Source: Octopus bimaculoides
Taxonomy: Eukaryota
Direction: 5' to 3'
Assembly (NCBI RefSeq): GCF_001194135.2
Contig: NC_068990.1
Span: 94,160,913-94,224,912, forward strand
DNA: 64,000 nt
Within the stretch, counting starts at the first letter, position 1. Every line of letters begins with the position of its first letter. Both the position numbers and the translations under genes were made by a program. Below the pieces are notes generated by a model. The model did not search any database. It saw only the letters and a list, made by a program, of their open reading frames with translations, and had not been told where the DNA came from. Positions 49,527 to 63,944 of this stretch are shown here, one piece after another.

Positions 49527-51729
49527 ACCTTAATTATTGCTTGTGTCACATTGGAATCTACTCTATTGATACTGTTGATTTGCCAGAAAGAGAAACGATA
49601 TAGTTAAAATTTGGTGCATTCTCTGTGATATTATGCTAAGTCATCTTCCATTTGTGTTTACGAATACCTGATATTCCTCATATTATTTTCTTAAAAGCAC
49701 TTATAATTTGGCATTGAAAAATAATCAAATATAACAAAAAGAAAAACTTTACAGACAAGAAAGAGACAAGAAATATTTTATTTGTATAACTCTAGAAAAA
49801 TAAAATTAATGAAAATGCACCTCACAACCTCAAAAACAGAAAAATATGTCTAATTGATTTTCTTCTTCAGAGAGATCTAGCAAAATAAAATCATACAAAA
49901 GAGATATTTACCATATTAGAATTAAAATTACCGACAGCATTAATCATTATTTTTTGACGAAGCTTTTTAAGCTAATACATCACGAAAAATGTAACACTTC
50001 ACATTTAATCTTTAGTTTGATTATTTGCAGTTATTTTCTTAGATCAGCCATTACTATCTATGTCTTCCAGAGTTCATATTTCAAGTAATCGCTAGACCAT
50101 GATCATTTCCTTTCAATATTTATTCTCGATTACCATTCTATACAGCTGTCATCTTGATATTTCTTTGTTGAAACAGAAATCAGAAAAATCATTGATCCCT
50201 GGCACCTTCTTATAAGCTCTGGCTATTTTCCTTTTTTTATGTTTCGTATTTAGCAAGTTATATTTACCTAATTTCTCTCTGACTTGTGTAACTTTATGAT
50301 CATATTAGCCACATTTACCTGAACTAACAAATCTTATATAGAAGCTTTATTTGGCCAAAATTTTAAAGGAAAACTGTTGCATAAGTGTTGCCAAAGACCA
50401 AGATTTAGGATCTAACCATGTCACCATTCTAGTGATGGATAACAAAATATATATCCCTTTATATCCCTTTCTAAGGTCTGAGTTCAAACCCTGATCAAAT
50501 CAACATTTACAGTCTATAAAACAAATAGCAGACAAGTACCAAAGTCGATGCAAATACTGTTCGCTTGATTGGAGTGTCCCAACATGGCTACAGGTCAATC
50601 ATTGAAATAACATCTCTGAAGTCTTTACAGAACTTTCATGCAACAACAGCTAAGCTTCATAAAGTAACACTTTTTTTTTGTGCCACTCAATAAAGAAATT
50701 GCAAGTAAAAATCCTGTAAGATAAATAAACAAATAAAAATGAGGAAACTAGCAGAGCCTCGATTCATTTCAAAGCCTGGTCCTCTTCTGCCTTTTATTTA
50801 CGACACTGTTGTGTTATCTAGACAGTGTCAGTGTAATTGACAATCCTTGGAGTTGAACTGAAGATTTTGTTTGTTACTTTCAGAACACTTGAAATGTTAA
50901 TTTATTCCTACATGAAACATTACATCACATTTGTTTTTCTCCACATCATCATTGTCATCATTTAGCATTTGCTTTCCATGCTGGCATGGGTTAGACAGTT
51001 TAGCTGGAGCTGGTGAGCTGGATGCTCTTCCTAACGCCAACCACTTCAAGAGTGTAGTGGGTGCCTTTCTCGTGTCACTGGCACAGGTGACACGCATACG
51101 ACTATTGGCCTACATGATAACATCTTGGCTTTAACCAATGAATTCAATGAATTCCTCCAGATTGATTTTTGCAATGAAAATCCAACCAAGTTCTTTGCAC
51201 AGAGGATTTCTGGGTAACAGCCAGCCTGCTTTCGCTAATTTCAATTTTGAAGAATGTTAATAACCTTTTTAAGGAAATGCATTGCAAATCCAAATTTTAC
51301 TTTTAACACTTTCATAAAGGTATTTCAATACTTTTATGATTAGAAACTAAGATATATAAAAATTAAATTGTGTTTTAGTTCTCTATTCACTACAACCCAC
51401 CCCTTCTTACTATCACTTCCTCATCTGTTAATATCAATTTCTTTTAAGTGAACATATTTATCTCCCTTGTTTGTCAGAATTAATTACATCGTTTACAGCA
51501 GTTAATAGAAATACCAAAATAGCAACTGTAGAAAATATACTGAAACAAACTAATTTGATGCAGTTTTTCTACTGTCACCTTTCCAAGGTTTCATCTGGTT
51601 TCTATACTTTTAAATTACTATTGCTGACTTAATTGCCATATAATGACTACTAAGTAAGTTGTTAATGAAAGTCATTAACATCTTTACTTAACAATCATTA
51701 TAACAGTATTGCTTTAACATTCATTTGCA

Positions 51730-52050
51730 GGCTGCCCCTAATTGCTGTCTCCCCTAATGGCACATGAATCTCAAATATCTATCACATTCTGTTGTCTGTT
51801 GTTGGCCTCCTGCTTTGCAAAGTCTACAAGCATTTGGACCACTAACCAATGCAAGATCTGCTTTGGTGATCTTCTGCTATAGCTTCAGTTCCCCTCCATC
51901 ATATTGACGCCAACTGAAACCATAAGTTAGATCAACGGTAGCATGGATGAAATTTCTGGAAGACATATGACCAAAACAGTGAAGACAATTATTTCACAAT
52001 GTAACTTGTGCTTGCAGATGTTAAATGCCATATGTAGTCCAAGTATCAAG
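51730..52050 (-). pseudogene. Possible second, highly decayed piggyBac C-terminus
   Basis: NACRLCKAGGQQQTTECDRYLRFMCH resembles the piggyBac C-x2-C...T..C..C...C domain; upstream motifs are not clearly recovered. Confidence 0.3.
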
Positions 52051-53629
52051 AACAGCTTTCATCTCACTCACCTGCTATAAAACACCTCCAAAGAGGTGCT
52101 TCTGTGGACACAGCATTCCAACTAGGCTGGTGGATAACCAATGCTCAGTCAGAAGTTGTCACAAGTGTACAATCATATCAAAATACTACTTGTAATTTTA
52201 AATTTATTGCTGTTCCTTCTGACTTTGGTAAGTCTACTGGAATAATATGCCAGTCTCCAGATTATTTTGATTAACATCACAAACTGGTTTTAAAGACAAC
52301 AAGAACCAAATCTATTGATTGCACTAAGAAACAGAAGTAAGCAACTGCAGCAGAAAATGAATGTATTTAATTAGATTGAGCAATTAAGGCAACATATCAT
52401 CTCTTTTCTATGATCTTCCCCAATGATTGATCGTGCACAGTCGAAAATGGTCACAAAGTTTACAATGCAATTAATATTGGTTGTTTAAAGCATCGAAATA
52501 TGAATGAAAATTTCATCAAACCATGCATGACAAGAGAAATAACCACCTTGATTTGGTCAAACTCTTCTCTATTACAGAAGAATCAGCTGGGAAGAAGGAG
52601 GGAAAAGATCTTCAGAGTGATTACTAATCAATCAGAATGATCTCATGGTAATTATTACACATAGTCCAATTAAATTTCTTCAAACTTGTGGTAATTTTTC
52701 ATCTTCTAAAATTCTTTAAAATGACAAAATGAAACATTTTTAATGTTTTATAAGAAGTATAGAATCTATTCTGATATCTTTAAAGTTCTTTTTTAGCCTC
52801 TTAGTTTGAAATTTAGATCAAATTAGGTGCAGGTATTGTAAAATACAATTACATTTAAAAAAGAACCAAAAAAGAGTAAAGAGAATCATGTATAAAAGTA
52901 GCACAAAGGGGAATCAGGGCTGAGGAAACATGGGATGCAAGAGAAGGGATCAGAATCATATTCAACTTGTCTGATAGCAACTGTAACAAGATAGTAAGGA
53001 GCCTGAATCTGTCCAGCTCAGAAATAATTGAGGTGAGGTTGATAAATTTAGATTTTCAAAAGGGTTTTCTGTGATGTGAGTAGGAAAAGCTTCATTGCTG
53101 TTAAGTTTTCTTGACCACAGAGGATCGAAGTTTCTACATTGACCATATACAGGAAAGACATTAATGGTTGAAATGCGTTTAGCATATACAGACAAGAAAG
53201 ATGTGGTTGAAGAAACAAACAGTTTAACCCCCTGACTCCAAGACCACCATATACGACAGGTAATGAAATATGAGCTGAAATTTTGCTATAGATTTAATAG
53301 TGAAGATCTTTCCTAAAGCTTGGTTATGGAATCCTGTAGCATAATTTGAGAATAGATCATTTAAAACACGAGGCCAAGTGAAGGAAATATGTTAGTTTTG
53401 ACAGAATAAGTATTTGCAAAATTAATAATGATAAACGAGTGGCATAAAAATTTAAACTGCTGATTTAATGTTAAACTAAACAGAAATAACTGCAAGATTA
53501 TGTCATACTTTCTTTTCATTTCTCACATTATAAAAAAAAAATAACTTTGATGAAATTAATGTTTCTCTTAAATGTTGTTTGAAAACTTTGTTGTGTATGG
53601 CTTATCTATGGTCCACTAAATTTGAAAAT

Positions 53630-53784
53630 GCACAGTGTAGTGGTTAAGGTGTTTGGCTCACAATCATAAGATTATGGGTTCAATTCCTGGATGAGACAGC
53701 ATGTTGTGTTCTTAAGCAAGGCACTTTATTTTACATTGTTCCAAGCAACTCAGTTGAAAACTAGTACCAGCTGGGTGCCGCTGG

Positions 53785-53790
<6 letters not shown>
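53630..53790 (+). mobile_element. tRNA-head SINE with CORE-like segment; second copy at 61908-62070
   Basis: gtggttaaggtgtttgg.c.caatcataag...gttcaattcctg...gcaaggcactt.attt shared by both copies. Confidence 0.75.
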
Positions 53791-53838
<48 letters not shown>

Positions 53839-54299
53839 TATCTATCTATCTCTAACTGTCACATACTCAGCATTCTGCTGGCTTCTGAGTGAGGAAGGTG
53901 ACAATGATGCCTGTGTCTGTTCACAATGACGTAGGAACCATCTTAAACAATTAGTGGAAGCATGGTTCATGCAACCATCTCATATTTGTTTTTAAGAGAT
54001 GACTAGAGTTTAGTAAGATTTTTTTCTTTTCCTTTTTATTCTCCAACGGTTATTCAGTCCACTCTCGTCTTATATTTTGAATTTTGATTCTATTTGATTA
54101 AACTGAAAATCATAATTTCTGTTGTGAAATCCTTATTGTTTTCTTCTGGGAGTAAGTTCAACAGTTCAAAGAATCAAACTGAAACGAATAGCTTAGGTCT
54201 GAATGTTATCAGTCAAGTTCTGTTTCCAGTCCTTTAGAAATAATATAGCAAGTCATTCTTAAGGCATGGGAAATGAAAACCAATCCTTCTTTTGTTATA

Positions 54300-54393
54300 A
54301 ATTTATGATTGAAGATATAATTTATGATTGAAGATATAATTTATGATTGAAGATATAATTTATGATTGAAGATATAATTTATGATTGAAGATA
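54300..54393. repeat. 19-bp minisatellite, 5 perfect copies, aatttatgattgaagatat
   Basis: Directly visible. Confidence 0.97.
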
Positions 54394-55503
54394 CAGACAG
54401 TACAGTCTTACACTGTATTGGTTGTATTGTTACAGTTGGTGATAATGGTTTGTTGGTTGGTACCGTTGTACTGTAACTGAATTGACTTCATGGACATGAG
54501 ATTTGTTTTTAAATTAGGGAAAAAAATGTGTTTTAATAATAATATTTAAGAAATCAAAGAACAATTATTAAAAAAAAAAAACGATTATTTGCTTAATGTA
54601 AGTTGCAGGAGTTTGAACTTCTGTGACAACTTCATAAGCACAAAAAGTATTGTAACAAAGCAAGGTTATTTATTTGTAGTGTTTGAGAAAAAAATTTCTT
54701 CATTGCCAGGAAGTGCAAATGGGTGTAAGTTACTTATCAAAGATTAGCTTATTTGACAAATTTCTACAGAAAAAAAAAGCATGACATCGTTCAAAGAATG
54801 TTTTCTTGAAATTGGAGAAGCTGTAGTTGAGGCGTCACCAGAAAAAATAGTTGGATGATTTTAATAAAGATGGAAAAGAAAATATAAAAAAAAACAAACA
54901 AACAAACCTTTACTAATTCTGACACCAGAATAGAATAAGATCATTTCAGAAAGCTTTCTTTTCTTTCTTTTTTGCTACTTTCTATAGAAAACAATCAACA
55001 AGAACATGAAAAAGAGTAACAACAAAAAAATATGGAAGTGTACAGTTACAAGTTTATTTCCCTAGTTGAGTTGTCTCGCCTTCAACATAAATAAACCATC
55101 ATAAACTCAGAAAAATACAAAGACAAACATTTTAAATCTAAATGTAAGCATACGCACACATGCACACACACACACATTATAGAAGAATATGGAAATAGTC
55201 TTATCTGTTCCCTAAAGCCCTTTAAATATTCAAATTTTATCTGGATGATGTATGTTTTTTAATAAAAGAATTCAATTAGAATTTCAGATGAAATATATCC
55301 TTGTCTCTTTTAAGGTACAATAGTTGTTTAAAAGAAAAAAGCATCTAACATTTTGGTAATAAATATTTGAAAAACTAAATTATACACCCAACTTAAAAAC
55401 ACAAAGAATTTAACTAAAAATTCTATTATATAGACAACCTGAGGTGTGTCTTTGAAAACATAATCTGGAATGCATTGCTGAATATATTTAAATTTACTCC
55501 AAA

Positions 55504-55538
<35 letters not shown>

Positions 55539-56181
55539 CAAACAGACAGACTGACAGATTCCTGAAAATTGGGACTTCAGTTGCTTTTACAAATGTTTGG
55601 CATTGCAATAAGGTTTGATAAATTAGCAAATTTTGATATCCTGCATGAACCGGTAAAGCAAAACTATTATGGTGGAATGCCTTACCCTAGAGCGCAAAAT
55701 CACGTAAAGTAAAATTGCTAAGTACTATTTCTTGATTACATTAACTAAAATAAACAGAACGATGGCTTAACTAATCAATTCCTTTTTAAACTTGTATTTT
55801 TCAAACTTAGATAATTATATTTTTCCCAAATTTACTAAGACATTGCTCACATTTATCAAACAAAAAATACACCACATTCACATACTAGACTTCATTCAAC
55901 TGAAATTGTTTGCCTGATAAGAAAAAACAATAATAATAAGACTAATAAATAAATAAAGCTTTTAATACACCAAACTGACCTTAGTCGACCTTGTCCCTTC
56001 TATGGAGTTGGGCTGAAAATTTCATAGGTTAACTCTATGCAGGAGTGATGCTAGAGCTGTGAAATCTTGCAGGCGTTCTTTTCAACTCTTCTTATTAATA
56101 ACTATATTGTTTCTTTCCGGGTAAACTGACATCTGACTCTTCAAAGAAGACTTCAAAAGTAACTAGTAGCGACTTTTCTTG

Positions 56182-57050
56182 AAAATGGACAAAATTTGGC
56201 ATCATGGTGTTATGAAGTCCCTGCAGAAAAACAGTTTAGTCCCCAACAACATTCATTCTGACATGGTTGCTACATTAGGGAATGATACTCCATGTTTATC
56301 AACAGTGCAAAAGTGGACAGCTGAATGTTGGAGGGGAAGGGAGAGTCTTGAAGATGACTCAAGGTCTGGACATCCTGTAATTGCTACTCCTGAGGAAAAC
56401 ATTGATCATGTTCACCACATGGTGATGGATGACAGGCAATTGACTATAAATCAAAGAATCAAAGTTATTAGAATGTCCCATGAGAAAGTTGAGAATATTC
56501 TGCACAAGGAACATGGCATGATGAAGGTTTCTGCTTGGTAGATGCCACATCTTCTGACACCTAATCAAAAGTACAACAGGCTGATCACATCACGAGAAAG
56601 TCTGATATAGTTTCTGGCAGATCCAGCTGGTTTCCTTGAACAATAATTCCTAAGCCAGGATGAGTTTTCAGTTCATCACTTTGAGCCAGAGACAAAGAGA
56701 CAATCCATGCCAGGGAAAAATCCCTCCTCACCTGTAGGGAAGGTGATGGCCTCAGTTTTTGGGATGCAAAAAGCATTGTGTTCATTGACTCTCTTCAAAA
56801 GGGCCACACCATCAATAGGAGAGTACTAAACCAACTTGCTGAGACAGTTATGAAAAACTATCAAAACCAAAAAGCCCAGGAAAACTGACAAAAGGGGTCT
56901 TGATTCCTTAGAACAACATTCCAGTATGCAAGCCCTTCGTTTCAGTGGCTGCTGTGCATGTCTGTGGCTTTGAACTGGTTGATCAGCCTCTCTATTCCCC
57001 TGATTAGGCTCCATCTGACTATCATCTCTTCCTCAACATCTTCCCACAGA
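56182..57050 (+). pseudogene. Mariner transposase pseudogene (irritans/Hsmar2-like)
   Basis: STVQKWTAE..RGRESLEDDSRSGHP, KVSAW*MPHLLT, QDEFSVHHFEPETKRQS, GKVMASVF, YSPD*APSDYHLF. Confidence 0.92.
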
Positions 57051-57629
57051 ACAACATCGTAGCAATGAACATGGAACGATGTGGTCTTATGAGATATTTA
57101 TGTGATTTTTACATTCTGAATTCACTGAAGGAAAGGACAGCAAAAACAGCTCCAATGGTATACTAACAAAAAAAAAATGTCATCTATATCCAATGTAAAA
57201 TGAAATAAATGATGTTTTCCCATGGTTTCAACAAGTGTTCCCAGCTGATCAATCAATGGAAAAAGCAATCCATTTAAGGAGTGTATAAATAGCTGAGTAA
57301 ACCAGAAATATATCTACCCCTAATGTAATTCTGAGGGAGAAACAGAGTGAAATACTGTGTGATGTGGCTGGCTCTTTCAATGACAGAGGCAACAGTCTAA
57401 TCAAGGAGCAAATCTCCCTAAAAGACTCAATCAATTCAATTTCACTGACAAGGTTTGAGTCGACCTGAAGCTCTGCTAAAAGACTCTTGCCTAAGATACA
57501 ATACAGTGGGACTGAACCTGAAACCTTGTGATAGGGAAGCAAGTTTCGTAACCATCTGGTCATGCCTGAATGCATTGCATCAATGTAAGAAACGGATACT
57601 TTAAGCGCTTAAGCCTGTATCATTGGTTG

Positions 57630-58078
57630 TCATCATCATCATCATCATCATCATCATTTTAATGTTCTCATTTCCATGCATGGCTCAGATAGAAATTGTT
57701 AAGGCCTATTTTCTATGTCCAGATGTCCCACATGGGTCACCAATACCCACTGGTTTCCAAACAAGGTAATATTTCTCTGTGAATGGACATGGTTTTATGC
57801 AAGATTGCATTGGAAACAAGTGACTCTGCTTGTATGACAGTGACTCTCATTTATGACTCTCACACAATGTCAAGAGAAGGAGGCACAAACATACACACAC
57901 ACGCGCACACACACACACAAGCTTCTTTCAGTTTCCACCTGCCAATTCCACTCACAAAGCTTCGGTTGGCCTGGAACTTGAGTAGAAGACACTTGCCCAA
58001 CGTGCCGTACAATGAGACTGAACCTAAAACCATGTGGTTGAGAAGCAAACTTCTGAACCACACAGCTGCGTTGCACCT
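57630..58078 (-). mobile_element. Full-length composite SINE (tRNA head + microsatellite + body + RTE-like tail); extra head fragment at 57430-57570
   Basis: (cat)n tail at 57630, body aligning with 13205-13420, head ggttcagaagtttgct..ggttcagtct near 58010-58070. Confidence 0.75.
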
Positions 58079-58639
58079 AAATTCAAAGTAAAAGTTTATG
58101 ACTTGATAGACTTTTCCTTCCTAATATCAAGAATATGTGGCAAGAAAGAAATGCCAGTTTTTCAATATTTCTGCAAAGAAGTAGATCAACAGCATAAATT
58201 ATACAAAGTGCTGAAAATCCATCTTTGCTGTTTCCAGCTAATAAAACCTTGCTTTGCAAAATGGAATGAAACCCATAAGTTCTCTGCTGCTGTTGGGTTT
58301 AGTGTAAAAAAAAATGAATCATTTGGTTGAGTTAGATGATACTTATTGTGGAAGAAAAACTACTGTTTTTATCCTCAGGGGCCTAACTGCTGCAATTACA
58401 GGAAGATCTACACTGATTCATCATCATCATCATCATCATCACTGAAACATGTCATTATGTGCCATTGTTCCATTTCCCAAGATTCTAAACAATTCCTAAA
58501 AGCTAATGCGTATGAGATCAAAATGGAATAAAGCTTGAGGGGAATTAATAAGCATTACCAGGAATGTGACACAAGTAAATCCAAAGAGACAGTATTCAGT
58601 CGAGTATATTTTGATTGTAAAGAGGTGGTTTCATAATAA

Positions 58640-59060
58640 AAATGTGGTTAAGAAGTTGGCTTAGCAAACATGTGGCTCTGAGTTCAGTTCTGAAGCGCAG
58701 CACCTTTGGTAATTGTCTTCAAAGACAGAAATTGAAAAGTATATGTGCATGTGTGTGTGTATGTGTGTGTGTGTGTATGAGAAAGAGAGAGAGTGTGTGT
58801 GTGCACGTGCATGCATGCGCGTGTGTGTGTGTCCCTTGTCATGACATCATGTGCTAATTGTAAACAGATTTCGCTGTCACACACGTAATGTTTGTCTGCA
58901 GTCTTCTATGAAAACATGTCTGGACTGGAGGAAAATATGACCTTGCCTAGAAGCAAGTGAAAATTGAAGACAAGGAGTGCATCCAGCCATAGAAAGTCAA
59001 CCACCACAAATCTTGTCTGATCCATGCAAGCATGTAAAAACAGACATTGAAGTGATGGTT
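58640..59060 (+). mobile_element. Full-length composite SINE of the same family in the opposite orientation
   Basis: gtggttaagaagttggctt..gagttcagttct head, (GT)n, catgacatca..gaaaacatgtctgg..gcatccagccatagaaa..gatccatgcaagcatg tail. Confidence 0.7.
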
Positions 59061-59789
59061 AGGAGGAGGAGGAGGAAGGTGCCAGTGAAACATATAAAGG
59101 AAATACTAATTTAGAAACATCTCAAGGAAAGTTAGAACATGTAGCTATTTTAAACACTTATTATTGTGATTTAATGTTTTCAAACAGTTTCAATCATTCA
59201 ACAACAAAATACACACAAACACTTAATGAAAACACAAAAAAAATAAATAAACTGTTTCCTCTGATGTTCAGTTAGCTTAAAGATGGTTCAGTCATAAATA
59301 TTGCTTCTGTCTATAAATTAATGAGCTGTTAAGTAGCTTATAAACTTTTTTTTTTTTTAATTAAAAACTGCCATTGTTAATAACTTAAAGACCATCCAAA
59401 TATATAAAATGGTTGAACTATACAAACTAGTTTCATATGAATAGATTGTGTTTGTGATGCATAGCTGCATGGTTAGGATGTTTGCTTCTCAACCACATTT
59501 CACCAGTTTGATTCCACAATATATAGAACTTTGTTTTGTGAGTGAAACAGTGAAGACTGCACTTGTTATCAATGGACAGATTTAATCCCTTTAACACCAT
59601 CACTTGGTACTTGGAACACTTTTAGCAAAGTCCACTCAGATACAAGTAACTGAAACAAGTCTTCTGGCTAAGAATACCAAGATCTTTCTAACCTTTTTTT
59701 TGCAGCAGTCTTAGAGAATTGGAGGTGCTGCAAAAAACCCCTCTTTGAAAACTATCAAGTGTTGTAGTCAGTTCATGGCCACTTTCAAC

Positions 59790-60500
59790 TCATCTGTTTA
59801 GTCAAATCATCATTCTAGAAAACTGCCGTTCATTGGACCAAACAGGTAGAAGCTGGGGAACACCAGACCCAAGCCATATGATGGACAGGGGACCACTGAC
59901 CAGTCCAATTTGCTGGCTGTCTGATCTGTTGTTAAATATGTCAAGCATTGTCATGGTGAATGTGGATTGCTTTCAGATTATTGTTTGGTCTTTTCTTTCT
60001 CACGGTTTCTTTAAGATTTTTTGAGTATCTTAATGTGCCACTTGCTGTTCATGGTGCTGTCACATTCCAGAAAAACCAAGAAGAACGATGCTCTGCCATC
60101 ACACAAAACAGTCAACATGACTTTCTATGGCAACTGCTTGCTCTTGAAATTCTTAGGCTTTGGAGAAGAGGTGTGACACCATTCTATGGACTGAAACTTT
60201 GTTTCTGGATCATAGACATGTGTCCATCTTTCAGATTGGGAATAAAATTGTTTTTATTGGCTTCAAATGCTTCCAGCAGATCAGAGCAAATTCCCACCTT
60301 TCTCTCCTTCAAATCAAATCTTAACTCCAGAGGTACTCTACCTTTTCCCATGCTATTCAAAGGGCAATGGTCTTCCATCACCTTCTGAAATACACTGTGA
60401 CCACAGTTCAGTTGTGCATCAAGCATAAAGATTGGTGGAAGTAATTGTCTTTGAAAACCATTTTGCATGCTAATACAGTTTGGATAGGTGAGGCCAGTCA
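59790..60500 (-). pseudogene. Mariner transposase relic
   Basis: Reverse complement: KVGICSDLLEAFE...WTHVYDPETKFQSIEWCH..SPKPK...KVMLTV...IHIHHDNA*...YGLGLVFPSFYLFGPM. Confidence 0.85.
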
Positions 60501-62849
60501 AAGTCAGCATATATTCAAAGGTGCTGCTTTGTGAGATGGGGGTCAGAGGATTGCATCTCCCTCATAAATTCTATTTTTGATTTGGTTTATATGAGTGAAT
60601 GTCTTTCCTATAGCCCCCCCCCCCTACAGAATGTATTGGGTGCTTTTTTTCCTTTTTTCAGAGTTTAACACTAGAGAGATGTCATGTCCTCAACAATATT
60701 AATGTCTTCTCAATTTTATGTGTTACAGAGCATACAGAACACATTTTCTCATGGCACGGCACTAGAGGTAGCCATGTCCATGACACAATTAAAGGGATCC
60801 CTTAACCCCTTGTCTGCTTTTTACTAACCCCTTTAGAGAGTGTTGGGCACAAAAGACAGACAAACAGATAGACAGATGCATGTACGATAGTGATAAGTGA
60901 AGAGGAATGCACTCAGTATTCTGAGACATCTTTGTACAAACATGGAAATATTAAATTCTTGATGTGTTCACAGCATTTTATTTCATTGCTATAATGTATT
61001 ATAGAACATATCTAAACATTTGTTAGTATGGTAAGTGTAAACATGTTTACATTTATTATAATGTTTATATATAAACATGTTTACTTTTGTCATAATATGG
61101 TGTTGGCTAAAAATCTATAGTTTTGTTCTACAGTACAATACAGAACTGAAACAAGGTAAGCAAGGGAACAGAGCAATGTGACCCCAGGAGACTGAGTGAT
61201 AAAAGAGGAAGAGCGGAGATGGGGGGGGGGGAAGAAGCAGTAATATATTATAAATCATTTTCACTTTGCATTCATCATTTAAAATGTTAACATATATTTT
61301 ATATACATGCATCTATATATATGCATCTATAAATTAATTGCCTCGTTAATAGGGAAACATTAACTGTCAAAAATCAATTTTTTTTTTCTTTTTTGTACCT
61401 GAAAGATTCCACATAGGGGAATTGGAGTATAGATTCATTGCAATAAACCAACAAATGGAAGTTTATTTCACTTATATGGATCACATCTTTACTTTACTAA
61501 CTACCTGCTGAATTTCCATGTAAACCACAACAATAATTTATTTTAATTAAATAATGTGGCTCTTATTGATCATTTCCACCATCATAATTACAATCACAAA
61601 TGCATTGTTACCTCAATTTTATCACTGATGTCATTGTCATTATGTGTGTGTGTGTGCGTACGTGTGTGTGCGTACGTGTGTGTGCGTACGTGTGTGCATG
61701 CATGCATGCATGTGTTTAATTTTTAGCTGTGTGGGTAACTATTATGTATCGTGTATCAGAGTTGTAACTCCTGAAATACTCCAACTTCAAGCAAGTGAGA
61801 GATATTAGATAAAAAGCCCAGAGATCGAACTTTTGCTTCCATGTGTCCGGAGGGAAGCTATCATCCTTTGATCATTTATCAACTAATTTATCTGCCAGGT
61901 ATGTAATGAAGGTGTATGGCTCAGTGGTTAAGGTGTTTGGACCACAATCATAAGGATATAAGTTCAATTCCTGAACTAGGCAGCATGCTATGAACTTGAG
62001 CAAGGCACTTCATTTCATGTTGCTCCAATTAAATCAACTGTAGATAAATGCCAGCCTTGAACTGGTGCAGTGCCCCCCACTCCCATCAGTTATCACATTG
62101 GGGGTATTCTGATGGATCAAGAGTTGGAGGACCAAGGAGGCATCTTGATAAATGGAACCTTAAACAAATGGCAAAAGTATGGTAGACATTACAAAGTTAC
62201 TGCCAAGTGATGGCTTACTTTCTGTAGGCTGACGAGCGTCTGCTCCATCATCTGCCACCCAAATTAAGAAGTCTCATGCAAGATGAGTTGAACAATGAGC
62301 TCTTAAGCATCGCTGCTTGTCACTTCATATCTAATACATGAAACACCAAAATGAAGAATAAATTAAAACAAAAAAAAAACACTGAGTTTATGACATTTTT
62401 GAACAAGGGAAGTTATCAATGATGATGATGATGATGGTGGTGATGATGGTGAGGGTGATGATGATGATGATGATGGTGGTGATGATGATGATGATGGTGG
62501 TGATGATGGTGATGGCAAAAGCGATAACAATCATGATGACGACTGACTTTTATTAAAACTACTGAAGAATACCATGAAAAGTAAAATTAGCAAAGAAAAC
62601 TTGAAATAATATCATTGTAATGTGTTATGTGGTTGTGTATGAGATTAGCCAGGGTTGCCTTCTGCATGAAAAAAATAGATTAAGTACAAGAATACTTTAT
62701 GTAGTAAACCAAGAAATTTTGATTAAAATGACACAATCAGTAACGAGGGCAATCATTATCTGAATGATTCTTAAATTAAGCGGAAAAAAAAAGGTTGAGA
62801 AGATAACCTAAAATGGTAATTTGAATATTAAAATAACACATGCACACAC

Positions 62850-62884
<35 letters not shown>

Positions 62885-63027
62885 TAAATACAGATGTGTG
62901 AGCTTTTAGTAACGGATGTGTGTGTGTGTTTGTGCAATATGTGAATGTCTGTCGTAAAGAAACAGTCAAAATTTCATTCACAGCAAACACATTAGCTTTC
63001 CCTCAAACTGATATTTTCATTTGCAAT

Positions 63028-63041
63028 GTTTCTATGGCAAC
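63028..63041. promoter_or_regulatory. RFX X-box-like motif GTTTCTATGGCAAC
   Basis: Exact match to the consensus GTHNYY-AT-RRNAAC with a strong GGCAAC half-site; no linked TSS identified. Confidence 0.25.
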
Positions 63042-63944
63042 AGTGCTGTCCTTTCCTCTTGTCAATGATCGAATGGTCAATATACTGATGTAAGCAAGCA
63101 GAGTAACATTATGCAACAACACAATATTCTGTCAATAATACTCTTTCACGGACATAGTTTTAGAGTACATACTTGACAACAAGCAAAGCGAAGCATCACC
63201 ATGGCAGTAAGATTTATAAAGGAAACAATGGCAGCAAGGAAGATAAATAATGAAACATGATGTACTTGGACTTCTTGCTGACTGGGATGACACAAATAGA
63301 CATTAAATAATTACTTGTAACTACAACTATAAAGCACTACTTACTTACCTGCCTACCTACATACCAGCCTTCATACCTTGACTATTCACATAACAACCGA
63401 TGCATTTAAATGGCTCCCTCCCATCAACACACACCTATCCAGCTTTGCCAATTTTTCATATCCAAATATTATGCTGGTTGATGGAACATTTATTGAAGAC
63501 TATCCTAAAATTATCCACTGCCATCAAATCCACATTCACCTACCCAGAATATCAGCTGCATTTTCAATTTATATATTCTATAAATAGTAACAACGCCATC
63601 CCAATTTAGTGACATTGTGTGTTTGACTGGCTGCTTGAAGAAATCTATCACTTCCATTTACAAAGCAACTCCAAAAGCATTCTTCTGTTTCTATTTCCAG
63701 CTCTTGTCTGTTGATGTCCAAAATAGATGGAAAGCTAATGCCAATCTTCTCAAGATAAATGGCCTTCTCGATATAAGGAACATCAGAACAATTTTACTAT
63801 GTTGTGGTTCATTTTCCCAAATCACAGACTTAGGTAGAGTACACTTAAATCTATAAATAACTTAATCACACAAATATATTGTGTATGTTCATGTGTGAAT
63901 ACATATACAGAAATATGTGTGTGTGTATGTGTATATATATATAT

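Noticed and set aside
53630-53700. tRNA genes here and at 61908, 28380-28448, 41000
   Set aside because: A/B boxes are present but there is no complete cloverleaf, and they continue into shared SINE bodies.
59696-59737. 12-bp perfect inverted repeat with T-tract resembling an intrinsic terminator
   Set aside because: Eukaryotic context, half of each arm is homopolymer, and it lies at the edge of a mariner relic.
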